From Chiloscyllium plagiosum (taxonomy: Eukaryota), in contig NC_057718.1 of assembly GCF_004010195.1 (NCBI RefSeq), positions 42,630,902-42,694,901 of the forward strand: DNA of 64,000 nt, read 5' to 3'. Numbering within the stretch: the stretch's first letter is position 1; the number at the start of each line of letters is the position of its first letter. The notes beneath the pieces were generated by a model, which did no database searches, had not been told where the DNA came from, and was given only the letters and a program-made list of their open reading frames with translations. Both the position numbers and the translations under genes were made by a program. Of this stretch, positions 1-13,694 are shown in pieces.

Positions 1-1197
1 TTGTTCCACAAGTAGCCAGTATATAGTCAAGACACATCCTTGGGAGCAGGTTGCTGAGATTATCAATTTTCTTAGTGGACCTGATATTACTGAAGAGTCA
101 TTGATGGTCTACAGAATGGAAACAGGCGCTATAGCCCAACCTGTTCATGCTGCCCAGTTTTCACAGTTAAGCTAGTCCCATTTACCCTGAAGCCATCACT
201 CAAACCGTCACTACCTTCGTCATCATTGAAGCCACCACATCGCTGCCATAGCCATGAAGAACAAACTGGAACCACCATGCCCCCACTGCAGAAACCAATG
301 CACCGCAGTCAGGAGGAACATACCAGACCCAACAAGTCACCGACGATGAAGCCTTCACTCAAGCTGTGGCCACCGTGGCACAGAAAGGACATCGGGATCC
401 ACCACACTATCGCCACTGCAGTAGGCCCTCACAACAGCCTTCCTCCACTGTAACTGCAGAAAAGAAGAACAGGTACATTTTGATACAAAAGAGCCTTAAC
501 ACTTCCTACCCTTCCACTGCCATCTTGAATTAATTTAAGGAGGAATTAGTTCTCTACATTATGGGACCAGAGGACAGAGCCCCTGGCATTCGTATTGCTG
601 AGAACATTGAGGATAGTGATCCTGCCTTATGTCTCTTTTCAAATCCGAGCATTTCCTAATCCTGGTATCTGGCATGATAAACCAGCTGCCGAGAGTGTGA
701 CCATACACACTTGATTTCCACTTCACCCAAAACCTTCCCCTTCTGATTTCCAGCTTTCAGACACAGAATATCCAAAATAAACAGCAGGTTATAGTATACA
801 ACTTAGGATGAGAATCTTCAGGTGACCTTCACAGCCATAAGCTCAGATACTGCTCATACCTCGAACACAAGTACATAGTTCGGGATCTGCATGTAGTAAG
901 TCACCAGAAACCATAGACCGCAGCAGAACCAGAGGAAAAGGAGAGTCTGTATGCCAGCTCATCAGAGCGGGAACTTACAAATGATTTCTGCTCCAGAGGT
1001 TCTGATAAGGACATTGATATGTGATGGCATACAGGTAAACATTGACAATGCTCACCAAGATGCTTGATATATTGGCAGGGCTGATAGAAAGTGTCCTGTC
1101 ACTATCAAGTGATTATTTAAATTGATTTTCTTTAAGTTCTTATTTAAATTATGCGAAGTTACAGACCTCTGAGATGCAGAGAGATTAGGGTGTCCTG

Positions 1198-2665
1198 ACT
1201 CTGGGGGAAGCTAGGGAAGTGAGTACTGGGCCCCTTGTTGAAATATTTGTATCATCAATAGTCACAGGTGAGGTGCCAGAAGACTGGAGGTTCAATAACA
1301 TGGTGCCACTATTTAAGAAAGGTGGTAAGGAAAAGTCAGGGAACTATAGAACGGTGATGGGCAAGTTGTTGGAGGGAATCCTGAGGGACAGGATTTACAT
1401 ATATTTGGAAAGGCAAGAACTGATTAGGGATAGTCAACATGGTTTTGTGTGTGGGAAATCATGTCTCATGAACTTGATTGAGAATTTTGAAGAAGTAACA
1501 AAGGGGATTGACGAAGGCAGAGCGTGGACGTATATGGGCTTCAATAAGGCATTCGACAAGATTCCTCATGGTGGACTGGTTCGCAAAGTTATATCATATG
1601 GAATAGAGGGAGAACTAGCTATTTAGATATAGAACTGGCTCGAAGGTGGTGGTGGAGGGTTGCTTTTCAGACTGGAGGCCTGTGATCAGTGGTGTGTCAC
1701 AAGGATTGGTGCTGGGTCCACTGCTTTTCGTCATGTATATAATTGATTTGGATGTGAACATAGGAGGTATAGTTAGTAAGTTTGCAGATGGCAGCAAAAT
1801 TGGAAGTGTAGTGGACGTCAAAGAAGATTACCTCAAAGTACAACAGGATCTTGATCAGATGGGCCACTGGGTCGAGGAGTGGCAAATGGAGTTTAATTTA
1901 GATAAATGTGAAGTGCTACATTTAGGAAAGGAAAATCGGGACAGGACTTATACACTTGATGGTAAGGTCCTGGGAAGTGTTGCTGAACAAAGAGACCTTG
2001 GTGTGCAGGTTCATAATTCCTTGAAAGTTGAGCCACAGGTAGATAGGATCGTGAAGAAGTTATTTGGTATGCTTTCCTTTATTGATCAGAGCATTGAATA
2101 TGGAGTTGGGAGGTCACATTGCAGCTGTACAGGACTTTGCTTAGGTCACTTCTGCAATATTGCGTGCAATTCTGGTCTTCTTCTTATAGGAAGGGTGTTG
2201 TAAAAGGGTTCAGAAAAGATTTCCAAGGATGTTGCCAGGGTTGGAGGGTTTGAGATACAGAGAGAGGCCGAGTAGGCTGGGGCTGTTTTCCCTGAAACGT
2301 CGGAGGCTGAGGGGTGACCTCACAGAGGTTTATATAATCATGAGGAGCATGGATAGGATAAATAGTCAGTCATTTCCCTGGATTGGGTGACTACAGAATT
2401 AAAGGACATAGATTTAAGGTGAGGTGGGGAAAGGGATCTAAGGGGCAACGTTTTCACGCAGAGGGTGGTGCATGTAGAGGAAGTAGTGGAGATTGGTACA
2501 ATTACAGCATTTGAAAGGCATCTGGATGGATATATGAATAAAAGGGTTTAGTGGGATTTAGGCTAAGTGCTGGCAAATGGGACTAGATTAACTGGGGATA
2601 TCTAGCCGGCACTGATGAGTTGGACTAAATGGTCTGTTTCCGTACTGTAAATCTCTGAGACTACG
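1198..2665 (+). mobile_element. CR1 (HER1-like) LINE, 5'-truncated, frameshifted RT
   Basis: ORFs 1219-1626 and 1646-2203 carry VPEDWR, SQHGF, KAFDK, GVSQGLVLGP and KFADG. CR1 3' tail at ~2570-2665. Confidence 0.92.
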
Positions 2666-3290
2666 ATATGTGAATCTCAAAACATTAGTATGCAGGGACA
2701 GCAAGTGATTAGCAAGATAAATGGAATCCTGTTGTTAATTGCAAGGCGAATGAAATGTAAAAATAGCAATGTCTTGCTGCTGTTGTACAGGATATTGGTT
2801 AGTAATATCTGGAGTACAGTGTACAGTTTGAATCTTCTTAATTCAGAAAGGACATAAATATATTAGAAGCAGTTCAGCGGAATTACTTGACTGATAGCTG
2901 GAGTGGTAATTTTATGAGGAAGGATTGAACAGGCTACATCTATGTACACTGAAGTTTAAAAGAATAAGAACTGATCTTAACGAAGTATATAAAATCCTGC
3001 AGACACTCAATGGAATGAGTGCTGAAAGGGTGTTTCCCCTTCTGGGTGAGACTGGAACGAAAAGACCCAGTTTAAAAATAAGAGTTATCCGATTTAAAAT
3101 GGAAATTAGGAGAATTTGCTTTCTCATGTAAGGTTAAGGGTCTTTGGAACTCTCTTCCCTAGGCAATAGTGGAGACAGGATAATTGGATATTTATAGTTG
3201 TAGGTTCTTGGCTAACAAGAGAATCAACAGGTATTATGGGTTAGGTGGAAATGTGGAGCAGCAGTCTCAATCAGATCAACCATGATCTTT

Positions 3291-3959
3291 TTTTTTTGTT
3301 TTTTTTCCCCCTGTTTTTTTTTTCCTTTTTTTTTATTTTAACCCCCACACTACCGCCTAACTGCAGTAGTGCTTATTTTTCCCCAGCACCCATGGTATGT
3401 GTGTGTAGGTGTGAGACACAGTGAAAGACACAAAGTGCACGAATCTTTATTCAATTTCCACCACCAGGAAGATAGGAAAACACCCGAGTGGCCAGTGACA
3501 AACACTGCCCTTGACATCAAAGGGCAGTGCTGTGTGATCAAAACAGTGAAGGGGAGGGTAGGGACTAAATCAAAATAGAGTTGGAGGGAGAAATGATGCA
3601 CTCCACTCCCTGCAGTGCCCACCTCTCCCTGAACAACTCCAGGGTGTTGGTGGACACCACGTGCTCCTTCTCCAAGGACACCCGGGCCCTAACGTAACCG
3701 CAGGCAGTCGGCCCTAACGACCCCCTCCACGGCCCGCTGCATCGACCTGTTGATGGCCAGTTTGGCCAGGCCCAGGAGCAGACCCACGAGGAGGTCTTCA
3801 GACCTGCCCTCCCTCCTCCGTACCGGGTGCCCGAAGATCAGGAGCGTGGGACTGAAGTGCAACCAAAAGCAGAGGAGGAGGTTTTTCAGAAAATCAAAAA
3901 GGGAGTGCAAACGCCCACACCCAATATATACATGGTCCACGGACTCCACAGCGCCACAG
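3291..3959 (-). mobile_element. 5'-truncated Tx1/L1-clade LINE with poly(A) tail and 12-bp TSD
   Basis: T-rich tract at ~3288-3340. ORF2 C-terminus CGAVESVDHVYIGC...LLLGLAKLAINRS. Direct repeat accatgatcttt at 3279-3290 and 3960-3971. Confidence 0.85.
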
Positions 3960-4051
3960 ACCATGATCTTTATTAAATGATGGGTCTGGATTGATAAGAC
4001 AAATGATCTACACCTTTTAATGCATGCTTGTAATAATAAGGGAACAGGAGA

Positions 4052-4170
4052 GGGACATTTTGTGGTACAGTGGTAGTGTTCCTTCCCATGGACCAGGAGG
4101 CTCAAGTTCAAGTTCCATCTGTTCCAGAGGTATGTAAGAACATCTCTAAACAGGTTGATTAGAAAAATAG
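4052..4170 (+). mobile_element. Short tRNA-derived SINE-like element; a second partial copy at ~4243-4310
   Basis: Box A-like tggtacagtggtag and box B-like agttcaagttcc. ggaccaggagg...gttca...ctg.tccag...aacatct.t.aacagg recurs at 4243-4310. Confidence 0.5.
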
Positions 4171-7100
4171 CATGAATTAAGAAAAAGGAAACAGCGCTGA
4201 GGGAAAAGAAGTAAGTAGGAGAGAGTCCTCATATGGTACATGTGGACCAGGAGGCCTGGGTTCATGTCCCACCTGCTCCAGGTAACATCTGTGAACAGGC
4301 TAGTTCGAAATAGGTTATATTAACAAAACTTAGCAGGAAGAGCTTCACTCCATCTTGATAATGGGTATTGTGCACATTTTAGAGGCTTCTGTCACAAGCA
4401 ATGGATACCTGAGAACTGAATACTACATGGGCTATGCCAGAAACAACTGGAAGAGGCAGCATGCCTTATTTGGATGACATTAACATTATAGATGTGAATT
4501 TCACACTAATAGACTTCTTGTCCTTCATGTATAAAGTGAGGTTGAGCAAAGGAGGGAAGGGTGTTTGAGGAGTTTAACTTCTGTAAGCCATCCCTCTTCA
4601 GCCTCTAAAAGATATAATAACATTTTTATTTATAAGGGTATTAAAATTTTCATTCACTTGGAAGGTGATGAAAATAAATGTAACAAATGTTAGTTGTTAA
4701 CAGCCTGTAGCATGTGATCTGTTCTAAAATGCATTTCAAGAAAGCTGTTATATCATGAACACTCTTTTGTCAATGTCACAATAAACAGTCTTGTGCATCA
4801 AGGGCATGGTAGCAGTAAAGATCACACACAAACTCTATAAAGGTCCACAAGCTAAAACGTATTTAAAAAATGAAAAATACCAAAATATACATTATTGTAA
4901 CATAATCTCAAGGTTCTGCCAGAGCTCAAAAATAATTTGTGCAGTCCTCTCAATTTTATCATCTAAACCTCTTAAATAAGCTGGAACCTATATCTCATTC
5001 CCAGATATCCGTTGCTCTCTATGTAAATTCTGTATTTCCAGAAACCATAATTTGTAATGGAATACTTTCATTGTTTCTTACATAAGCTGTTTATAAAATC
5101 TAAGACTAAAATTTTCAAACATTAACTTTCTATTTTTATAGTCACTGCATAAACTAGACTTGGATTTATATCACAACACTCAATTTGTTTTGTTCTAAAG
5201 TTGATTTACTTTAAAGCCACATCAGCATAATTGTGAATTTAAAACCATAAGATGTTAATGAATCCTGTTTTACTTTTTAATTGAAGTGCATTTTGTGTGT
5301 GCTGTAGTCAAAAAAATCCCAAACTGGGACTGCACCAAAGTTTAGATTTACATGGCGAAAAGACAAGTCTCTCCAATGCAGCCCAACATGGCTGAAAGCA
5401 ATGCAACACAAAGAGGGATATTTGAATCCTCTCCATTTATAGAAATGAACTTTGGACCTGTTGCAGCTGCTTTGCGAACAACAGTAAGCAGTTACTCTGC
5501 AACTTTGAGAATCAGACTCAACTATTTATCTTTTCACCCAATTCCTTCCCCAGAATTGCTATGCACTTCAGTGGCCTACTCAAGTTAACTTATTGGGCAA
5601 CTTCATGCTACCCATTATTTCAGCCGGACACAGTGAGAAATATGACAACCAGGTGCACTTAATTGTGGGTGAGATCCAATGTCAATCCTGATTAAGTAGG
5701 ATGGCAGTCAACGCTGATGTAAGGTTTCTGGCCATTTGTAGCAAGTTATCAATTAAGTTCATTAATGAGCCAATTGACAACCATTATGCCTGACCCCACT
5801 GCAAATGAATGATGGTTTCTGGATTGAATGGGAACTGCACAACTTTCCTGTGCCTGTGAAATGGCTGATACCCACAGTGTACTCAATTGAGGAATCCAAC
5901 ATAGGGAAGGGCAATGGCCACTGAAAGCTACACATCCCCCCCCCCCCCCCCCCCTTAACTCAGACTTCCACCCAACCCATGACCCCTTCTCATCTATAGC
6001 CAACGTTGATTTGGAGTCTCAAAACACTCCTGGGTCACTGATGGGTGCAGTGTTATATAATCCCTTTATCATAGGGCTAGATTAGGGAGTATTCTTCATT
6101 TGTTGTTTCAATACCAATGATGCTTGTGTCAATGTCCTCACATGATTCAACATAACTTTTTGCAGAGTCTGTTGTAACTTTACATTTTTACATATAATAA
6201 CCATGAACTGAGAGGAAATTCTGTGATGAGTTTGTGAAGAACTTTTGGATACCATTTTTTATAACCATTCAGGTGAGTCTTTTACCAAATTATCAATCAG
6301 AGCTGCTACTGGTGCTACAATAATCAGTTACCATGCACCTGAAATAGTTCTGTTGGTCTAATGTCTGTTTCAAAGAAAGTAGTGTGAATTGAACACGGCC
6401 AATCACCTGTACTGAGATGGCCCCATTCTGTACATCCTTTGGCAAAGCAAGTTTATGATTTAAAGTGAAAGACATTTTTTGGCAATTGATTGCTGCCTAA
6501 AAGATTCTTGATGGACTTTGATGCTGCAAGTTCATAGTATTTGCATGATTTGAGGCAAGATCAACATTAAGTTTTCTCAATTTTTTTCTTATTTTTGAAG
6601 CTAATGCAATTAAATGTACTATTTTCTTGGAGGCTTCTAATGACCATTTATTAGAAAGGAGCAGTAAGAATGGTGGGACGTATGAGTCAGGCATGAATCT
6701 CCAAGAGTAAGCTCAGCTGAAAAGGAAAGGTTGGGCATCTGCTCCATTCTATATTTTTGATGCCACGGTAGTCCATGATTCATTTTCTGGCAGTATTAAG
6801 AAACCAACTAACTTGCGAAACAGTTGGTAAAGAACCATATTTAAACATAGACTTTAAAGGATCAGTAAAGTTCTGTTGAAGTTCTGATTACTTAATTTTT
6901 TACTTATCAGTAGGATGCAACTGCCTGAAATTGTTGAACATTTTCAGTGGAAATTGAGGTAAACCTTCAATCAAGGTGCTTTCTGTTGTGACAGTTCATC
7001 TGTTACTTTCTGTTACAATCGATTTATGGCTTGTAGTTCTGAAAAGTAAATAAAGTTCAAATTTAAAATATTGTTATCTGCTTGTATTATGCAGTAGAAT

Positions 7101-7499
7101 ATGTGGTTTTCTACTCTCTAGTTTGTATATACAGTTATGTAAAATACAAAGTAAAAGAAAAAGTTTAAGAAAGGAATGTATGAGATTTTTAGAAACCTCT
7201 TTTGCCACTTATCACATGAAGTATCATGCTGTTATCATATCTTCCTGATACCTTGGGATAGAAATTCATCTCCGGCAATGGTGCAAAGCACAGTACTGAA
7301 TTGGCTGCTGTTAGATGTTGTGCCTGATCTTCAGCTCCATTGCTGCTGCACAGAATGGAAGGGGGGCAGAGGTGCTGATCTGACAGAACTGTGTTGTGCC
7401 TCATAACCTCTGTGATATGTTCTGGTCTCAAAAAACTTGCTCTTCTGTATGAGCAGGCACACAACAAGCACACGTTGACACAGGAACAGTTGATACTGA

Positions 7500-7850
7500 G
7501 CTAGACAATTGGAACATTTCAGCATACAACTTGATACTGTCCACACAGCCGAAACAATAGTAAAACGTTTAGAGAGAATACAGCGAAGATTCACTCTGGC
7601 ATTGTCTGCTCTGCAGCTATGCAAATGCAAAGAAATAATTTTAGAAATTAGAACAAGGACTACTAGAAGATGTGATTATCAGTGTTTTAAGACAATGGGA
7701 GGATGGTATGCAGAAGGATGTTTATATTGGCAGAAATTTCTAGAACAGGCTCATGGATGCAGGATCAACAGCAATAAGTTTAGAAGAGTGAGCAAGAATA
7801 AGTGGTGTAGAGAAAGTTTTAAAGTTGCAGAATTACTTTCAAAGTTTCTG
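7500..7850 (+). mobile_element. Very old CR1-like LINE relic
   Basis: Frame contains LERIQRRFT and downstream weak GHxxKI-like residues. Confidence 0.45.
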
Positions 7851-10165
7851 ATTCAATCACAGTTCTTGTCACTTTACTTTTGAATAATCTAATAAAAATG
7901 CTTGTACCAACAAAAATGAGAATTTGTATCAAAATATGTGAGTGAACCTAAATTAACATATGATTTGATATTAGCAGATGAAATATTGCATTTGCTGTTT
8001 GACTGCATCTACTGGAGTTAATCGAGTTTCTTTGTCTCTAATGATTTGGGATTTTAACATTTAAAAAAAAAACAAGCATTTTTTCAGTCATACATAATCT
8101 GTACTTTTTCCGTTATAAAATGATCAACATTTGGGGACGGATTTACATCTTGGGAGGTAGGGTTTGGAAGATTTCCCAATGGCACAATTTCGTTCCCTGA
8201 CTAGCAGTACCCACTGATGCTATTTTCTGTGGAGGAGTATGGGACAAGCTGAAGTTAGCCAGCATGTCTGAGGTAATGAAAAAGGCAGGCCAGTACTGAG
8301 GCCATTTAAAACCTTGGCTTAATTTAAAGAGATGTTGGCTCCATTCCAGAGATGAGTGCAAGGCTCTCTAACTCTCAGCCCCACAACCACTCAGCATCAT
8401 GCAGTATCCACTATAAAGAGAATGCACAAGACCCATAACGAGATCAAAAAGTCTTTGAGAAGCTTATACATCTGTCAAAATAAGCAAATATTACTTGAAA
8501 ATAATCCTCTTAGCCGCTTCTGAATCTGTATTAAATAACAAAGCTCATGTTCCATTGACATCTGTGTCAACAATACCTGCTGAGCAGAAGCCATTCATGG
8601 ATTGGAAGACACCAAGTATCCTCGAATCGGGTCCTGCCCACCGTTCTTAATTTCTGCTTGACTCACTTCAGCTCCGCATTATGCTGGGAGTACCAATTCC
8701 TGGGTGTCTCCTGGAATCAAGAGCATAAGCTTTTAATTAAAAGACTGCTTCTACCATGTATTAAGATAAAATATAGGGTTCACCATTAAAATGTATCTAA
8801 TATTAGTATCTAATAAGTTGTGAACATCCAAAATGATGTGATAACACAGTGTTATTCTGTTTAATCGCATTTTAAATGCAGATTTTAACTATAATAAGTA
8901 CTACTTTTACAGAGCTAAAGTTGTTGCACTTTGTGTACTTAGCTAGTTTTAAAGTGTTGGAATGTAACTGTGCTTGTATTTAATGCAAAAAATGTCATTT
9001 TGCTCAATGCATTTGGCAATGCAATATAATTTGTGTTTGAAAAAAGAAATCTGTAACTTTTAAGCATTTCGAAGATTTTTTTATAGCTTATAGATTTTAT
9101 AGATTAATTTTAGCTGAACAGTAATTCCTCACACCTTTTACAAGCTAAACAGCTGTTTTTGAGACAGAATAACAAGTTATCAAGCTAGTCTAAGGACAGA
9201 AATTCTCTTGAGCTAATTGGAGCTGTAAAAATATATGCTGCTTATTATGTGTTGTTTTGAAAAAAGAATGCAGATATCTCCACTGTTATTTTCCATGACT
9301 GGTAGCTTTCATGAAGGCACTTTTTTAGGCTAATAGTGAGTGCTTATTTTAGTTCAGGGATGTCATATCCCAGTCATTATGTGTGAGAGGAGAGTTTAAC
9401 TTGCATGTCAGCTAAGGAACCTATGATGTGGGTTGAACCACGATATGGACATTGCTTTAACTGAAATATACTTGGTTAAATTTTTGACTGTTTAAAAAGT
9501 GCAACATTGTTTGAACGTATATAATTATTATTTAACTATGTCTTCTAAACCATAAATTGCTGAAACTCACGAGTAACAATTCTAATAATGCATGAGAATT
9601 TCTAATAAGAATCCATTTCATACCATGCACACTATATTTGTGACCTCTTTTTAAATTTTTTGCAACTAATTGGTTTTCCTTGTGTTTCAGAAGTATTTGG
9701 CCACAGCATTACTGATTACTCACATATTATGTCTATTTCTACCTATTATGTAACAATTCCTGGATTTGCCCTTTGTTTTGCATGTTAAATGCAAATTCTT
9801 CTTTTAGAACCAAACTGCCATGAGATATTTTGAATCAAAGTGAGAGATTGAATCCAATGATATAAATATTCAGTGTTACCCCGCTAAAACTGCAGGTGGT
9901 TGGGATGCTGACTGATGAGACAAAAATCCACTCACAGTTTGTTTGTCAGCAAAAATTAAATTCAAGCCCTATATTAGTCGTCCTAAAAATCATTTGACCT
10001 GGGATTTCTACTATAAAAAATAATACAAGAAGGAATCTTATACCCTCCTGTTGCAACTCTTACAAATTTGGAGTCAGGAATGCACTTAATCAACTGAGAT
10101 GTTTCTGGCTAGAGACCCTGCCATGTTTCCAAATTAACCCTGATTAAGTCTCCAATGCAGAGATG

Positions 10166-10584
10166 TGTGGGTGAACTTTCTTCCCCCACCGGCAATTGAT
10201 ACCCTTAGCTGAACGATTACTGCCTACTTTGCAAACTTCTAAAGGACAACCTGACATGTGGAAAAGGGAGACTTACTGAAAGCCTATCCCCTACACCTGC
10301 CAATACTTTATTTCATGACAACAAGCCCACACCCCCTCATCCCAGCTTCATTTAAATCTTTACAGCAACCATCACCTACCCAGTGGCGTGGCTGGTCATT
10401 AGAGCTGCAGACCCCTGACTGACAGCAGAACCTCTGTCCTCATGGCCCTTGATCCTGGGGGAAGCCCCACTGTTGTCAAATCCACGTTTCTGTTGGCTTT
10501 CTTTGAAAGATTTGGTGCAAGACACTCACCGATTCTCCAGCTTGTGGCTGACATTTGTGTCGCCTCTGCAAAAGTTCACCCACA
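10166..10584. mobile_element. MITE-like non-autonomous DNA transposon
   Basis: Perfect 14-bp terminal inverted repeat tgtgggtgaacttt (10166-10179) / aaagttcacccaca (10571-10584) around a GC-richer non-coding interior. Confidence 0.5.
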
Positions 10585-12084
10585 GTATCCTTATACATTT
10601 CTAAAATAATCATGGCATGGTGAACTCTTAAATTTTATTCTGATATAGTGTTATATTGTTCTATTCCAGTACATTTTCCAGCCACAGTTTCAGTGAAGCT
10701 AATTTTGAAGTAAATGATTTGTGATGAATGGCATGTCTCCTCCCAGCTGGAAAAAAAAGTTCTTAGCCCTATTGATTTCCTCTCCTTTTTCACCTGTACC
10801 TCCCTTTTTCAATATCAAATGTTTTTGCACTTAACTAATTTTAAGAAATTGACATGGATCTATTTAAAGAGTTGGGCAGAATGAAAAGCCAAATTTGCAT
10901 TTAGTTTAAAATGTTGCAGGTTTACACACAGACTGAAAAATTATGAACCAGGTAATGATAATCAGTATAACTAATGAATGCTGTGGATAACAAAGCAAAT
11001 TATTTTGATCAGTGAAGCTAGCTCATTTTAATCCCAGAATATGTGCAGTTTGTCTCCAGACACAATGTTCCCCCTCCATTCAAGACAGCTCCATTAGCAG
11101 TAACAGATTGCAAACTTTAATAATCACAGGGCAACAGCAATTACAGCATATCTGTTCACCTTTACACCTCATGATGTGCTTCATCAAACAGAAACATTGG
11201 CTAAAAAGGTAGATTACAGACTGGTCCTAGTAAAATACTGCCTATATATTCAGCCTCCAGATTTCAAGAGAAAAGAATACAAAGACAGCAGAAATGTTTG
11301 TGAATTGATTTTAAGCAAAACGTGATCTATTAATAGCAAGCTATGCTTACTATTTCATTTCTTTAAGAGTCCATTGGTGCACGTATTATAATGTGAAAAG
11401 TGTCGGTTTTGCATGAATTTTGTTTTTTTAGTATTTGCAAAACATAATGGAAGCAAAAGAATATTACAAAAAAAACTAGTGAAGTGAGGAGCATTTTTAC
11501 AATATGATCGTATTTCAATACATTGTACATTCTGAATTCATATTTACCCACTTGCCAAGTTATAAAGCAGAGAAAAAAAAATCTCTCCAGAGCCAGATAG
11601 GAGAACTGGAAGAGCATTCCAGTATTGTTGAACCTTAGGTATCCCTCTTGTGGGCAATTATAATTTTGGTGGTAGAAAACTATGTCCAGATTTCTGACAT
11701 CACCCCTTTCTCTTCTGTCAGAGATTATTGTATTGCGTTAGAAATGGCTCAGTCAAGAAAAGATGTAACAAAAAAATCTACATGTTAAAGGAAGACGTAT
11801 CTAAGAATGACAAAAAAAAAGGAAGAATATGAAAAAGAAATGGTTAGAAACAATTGGGAAAACAAAGCTGGTTAATTCATTGTAAAATGATAAAGAATTG
11901 AGGATATTGGTGAAAATAACAATGCTAAAATAGATTAGTATGATAGTCAGTACTTATAGCATTTGTGGTGACACATCACAGATCACTTTGGCCAAGTTGC
12001 TGTGCAACATCATTTTTGTTTTAACAAGTATGTGATAGTTTGGCTGTATGAACACTCTATGGTAGAAACTCCAACTATCTTTAC

Positions 12085-12860
12085 ATGGACCACAGCACAG
12101 GAACAGGCCCTTTGGTCCATTGTGCTGGTGCCAGTCATGAAGCTAATCTAAACTAATCCCATCTACCTGTACATGATTCACATCTCTCTATTCTCTACCT
12201 GATCACATGTCTGTCGAAATATATATTAAATGTTGCCATTGTATTTGTTTCTACTCCTCCTCTGGCAGTTTGTTCCAAGCACCTCTACTACTGTGTGTAA
12301 AGAACTTGCCTCCCATACCTCTTTTAAATGGTCTCCCTCTTACATTAAACCTATGCCTCCTAGTATTTGACATTTCCACCCTACGATAAGGACTCCAAGT
12401 CTCCACTCTATCCATGCCTCTCATAATTTTATGTACTTTTATCAGGTTGCCCCTCAGCCTCCAGTGTTCCCCAAAAGCAATCCAAGTTTGTCCAACCTCT
12501 CCTTAGGGTTAATACGCTCAATCCAGGCAACTTTCAAATAAACCTCTTTTGCACCCTCTCCAAAGCCTGCACATCCTTCTTATCATGTGGCAACTGGAAC
12601 TGCAGACAATACTCCAAAGGTGGCCCAACTAGTTTGACGCAGCTGCAACATGATTTGCCAACTTTTATACTCTATGCTCTGACCAATGAAGACAAGGATG
12701 CCATACACCTTTTTTAGCATCTTACTCACTTGTGTTGCCAGTTTCAGGTAGCTATGGACTTGCATTCCAAGACCCTCTGTTTATCAAATCTCCTAAAGGT
12801 CCTGCCATTTTATGTATACTTGCCTCTTGCATTTAATCTTCTAAAATGCATCGTCATTTT
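12085..12860 (-). mobile_element. CR1 LINE 3' fragment
   Basis: ORF 12583-12765 (QVHSYLKLATQV...IEYKSWQIMLQL) and a CR1 3' tail at ~12090-12190. Confidence 0.85.
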
Positions 12861-13694
12861 TGCCTTTCCTTCCTATTAGCATACCTCAATCCAGCTACAT
12901 TCTTCATCTCATTTTTGTACTTCTCAAATATTTTGCAACTTCCTTCCTGTAGCTAGCAAATGTTTGATGGCATCTGCTTTGTGGGTTTCAACCCTTCAAT
13001 CTGTTTGCTCTATTCTACTTCTCCTAACAATGTCACTGCTGTTATTTGGTAAACCCTCCGTACATATTCAGTAGTTGAGTCATTCTTTGTCAGTGTCATT
13101 TAGACCCATTTATTTCTGGCTGACAACGTGAGTGATTCCTTTGTCTTCAGAAAGGTCACTTTCTAGGTTAACTGTAACCCCAGCACATAAATATGAAATT
13201 GACTCACATGCTGATATTATTGTCAAAATTTCATTTTCAAATTTGGCATAACATTGTTCCATCTCAGTGAGTGATCTCAAGGCATGGTAGACAGGTCTTT
13301 GCTTTCCATTTTCCTACATTAGGAAATGACTATCAGACCAATTCTGTTGAACATGCATCAGCTGCTGCTGTTCTCAATGAATGTGCTAAGATTGAGTTTG
13401 TCAAAAACGTTTTCCTGGTTGATATTCCAGCCCCATTATTAAACGCCACATAGTGATTGTATCAAAGGTTCACTAACTTCTTTAAAGTTTGGTATGTACT
13501 TGCCTTTTTGATTCACTTACCCAAAGAATCTTTGAAGTTCTGAGATGTCCCTCGGCATTAAGAGTTTTATAATAGCCTAGCTTGCTGAGAATCTAATATT
13601 ATTAATTTTTCATTGATATTGAGCCTAAGAATTTTTGTTCTCTGTTTTTTAAACTTGCACTTCTCGTGCAGTGTCAGGCCTGTATTAGAAAGAG

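Larger units (their letters stand above)
1130..4030 (+). mobile_element. Old CR1 LINE 3' portion, split by two younger insertions (pieces ~1130-1197, ~2666-3290, ~3972-4030)
   Basis: Sequence before 1197 (gatgcagagagattagggtgtcct) resumes at ~2666. The degenerate frame gives MNRLHLCTLKFKRIRTDLNEVYKIL...GETGTKRPSLKIR. The CR1 3' UTR is split at 3290/3972. Confidence 0.7.

Noticed and set aside
190..530. Pro/His/Thr-rich ORF 226-453
   Set aside because: Low-complexity, repeat-like sequence; no recognisable domain or splice context.
4420..4540. Frame containing PYLDDINI followed by gtgagg
   Set aside because: In-frame stop just upstream, no acceptor and no other RT motifs; likely chance.
5936..5954. 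Poly-C run (G-quadruplex potential on the minus strand)
   Set aside because: Simple homopolymer with no supporting context.
6166..6270. cag|...cag|gtgagt exon-like segment
   Set aside because: Stops in all three frames; no evidence of transcription available.
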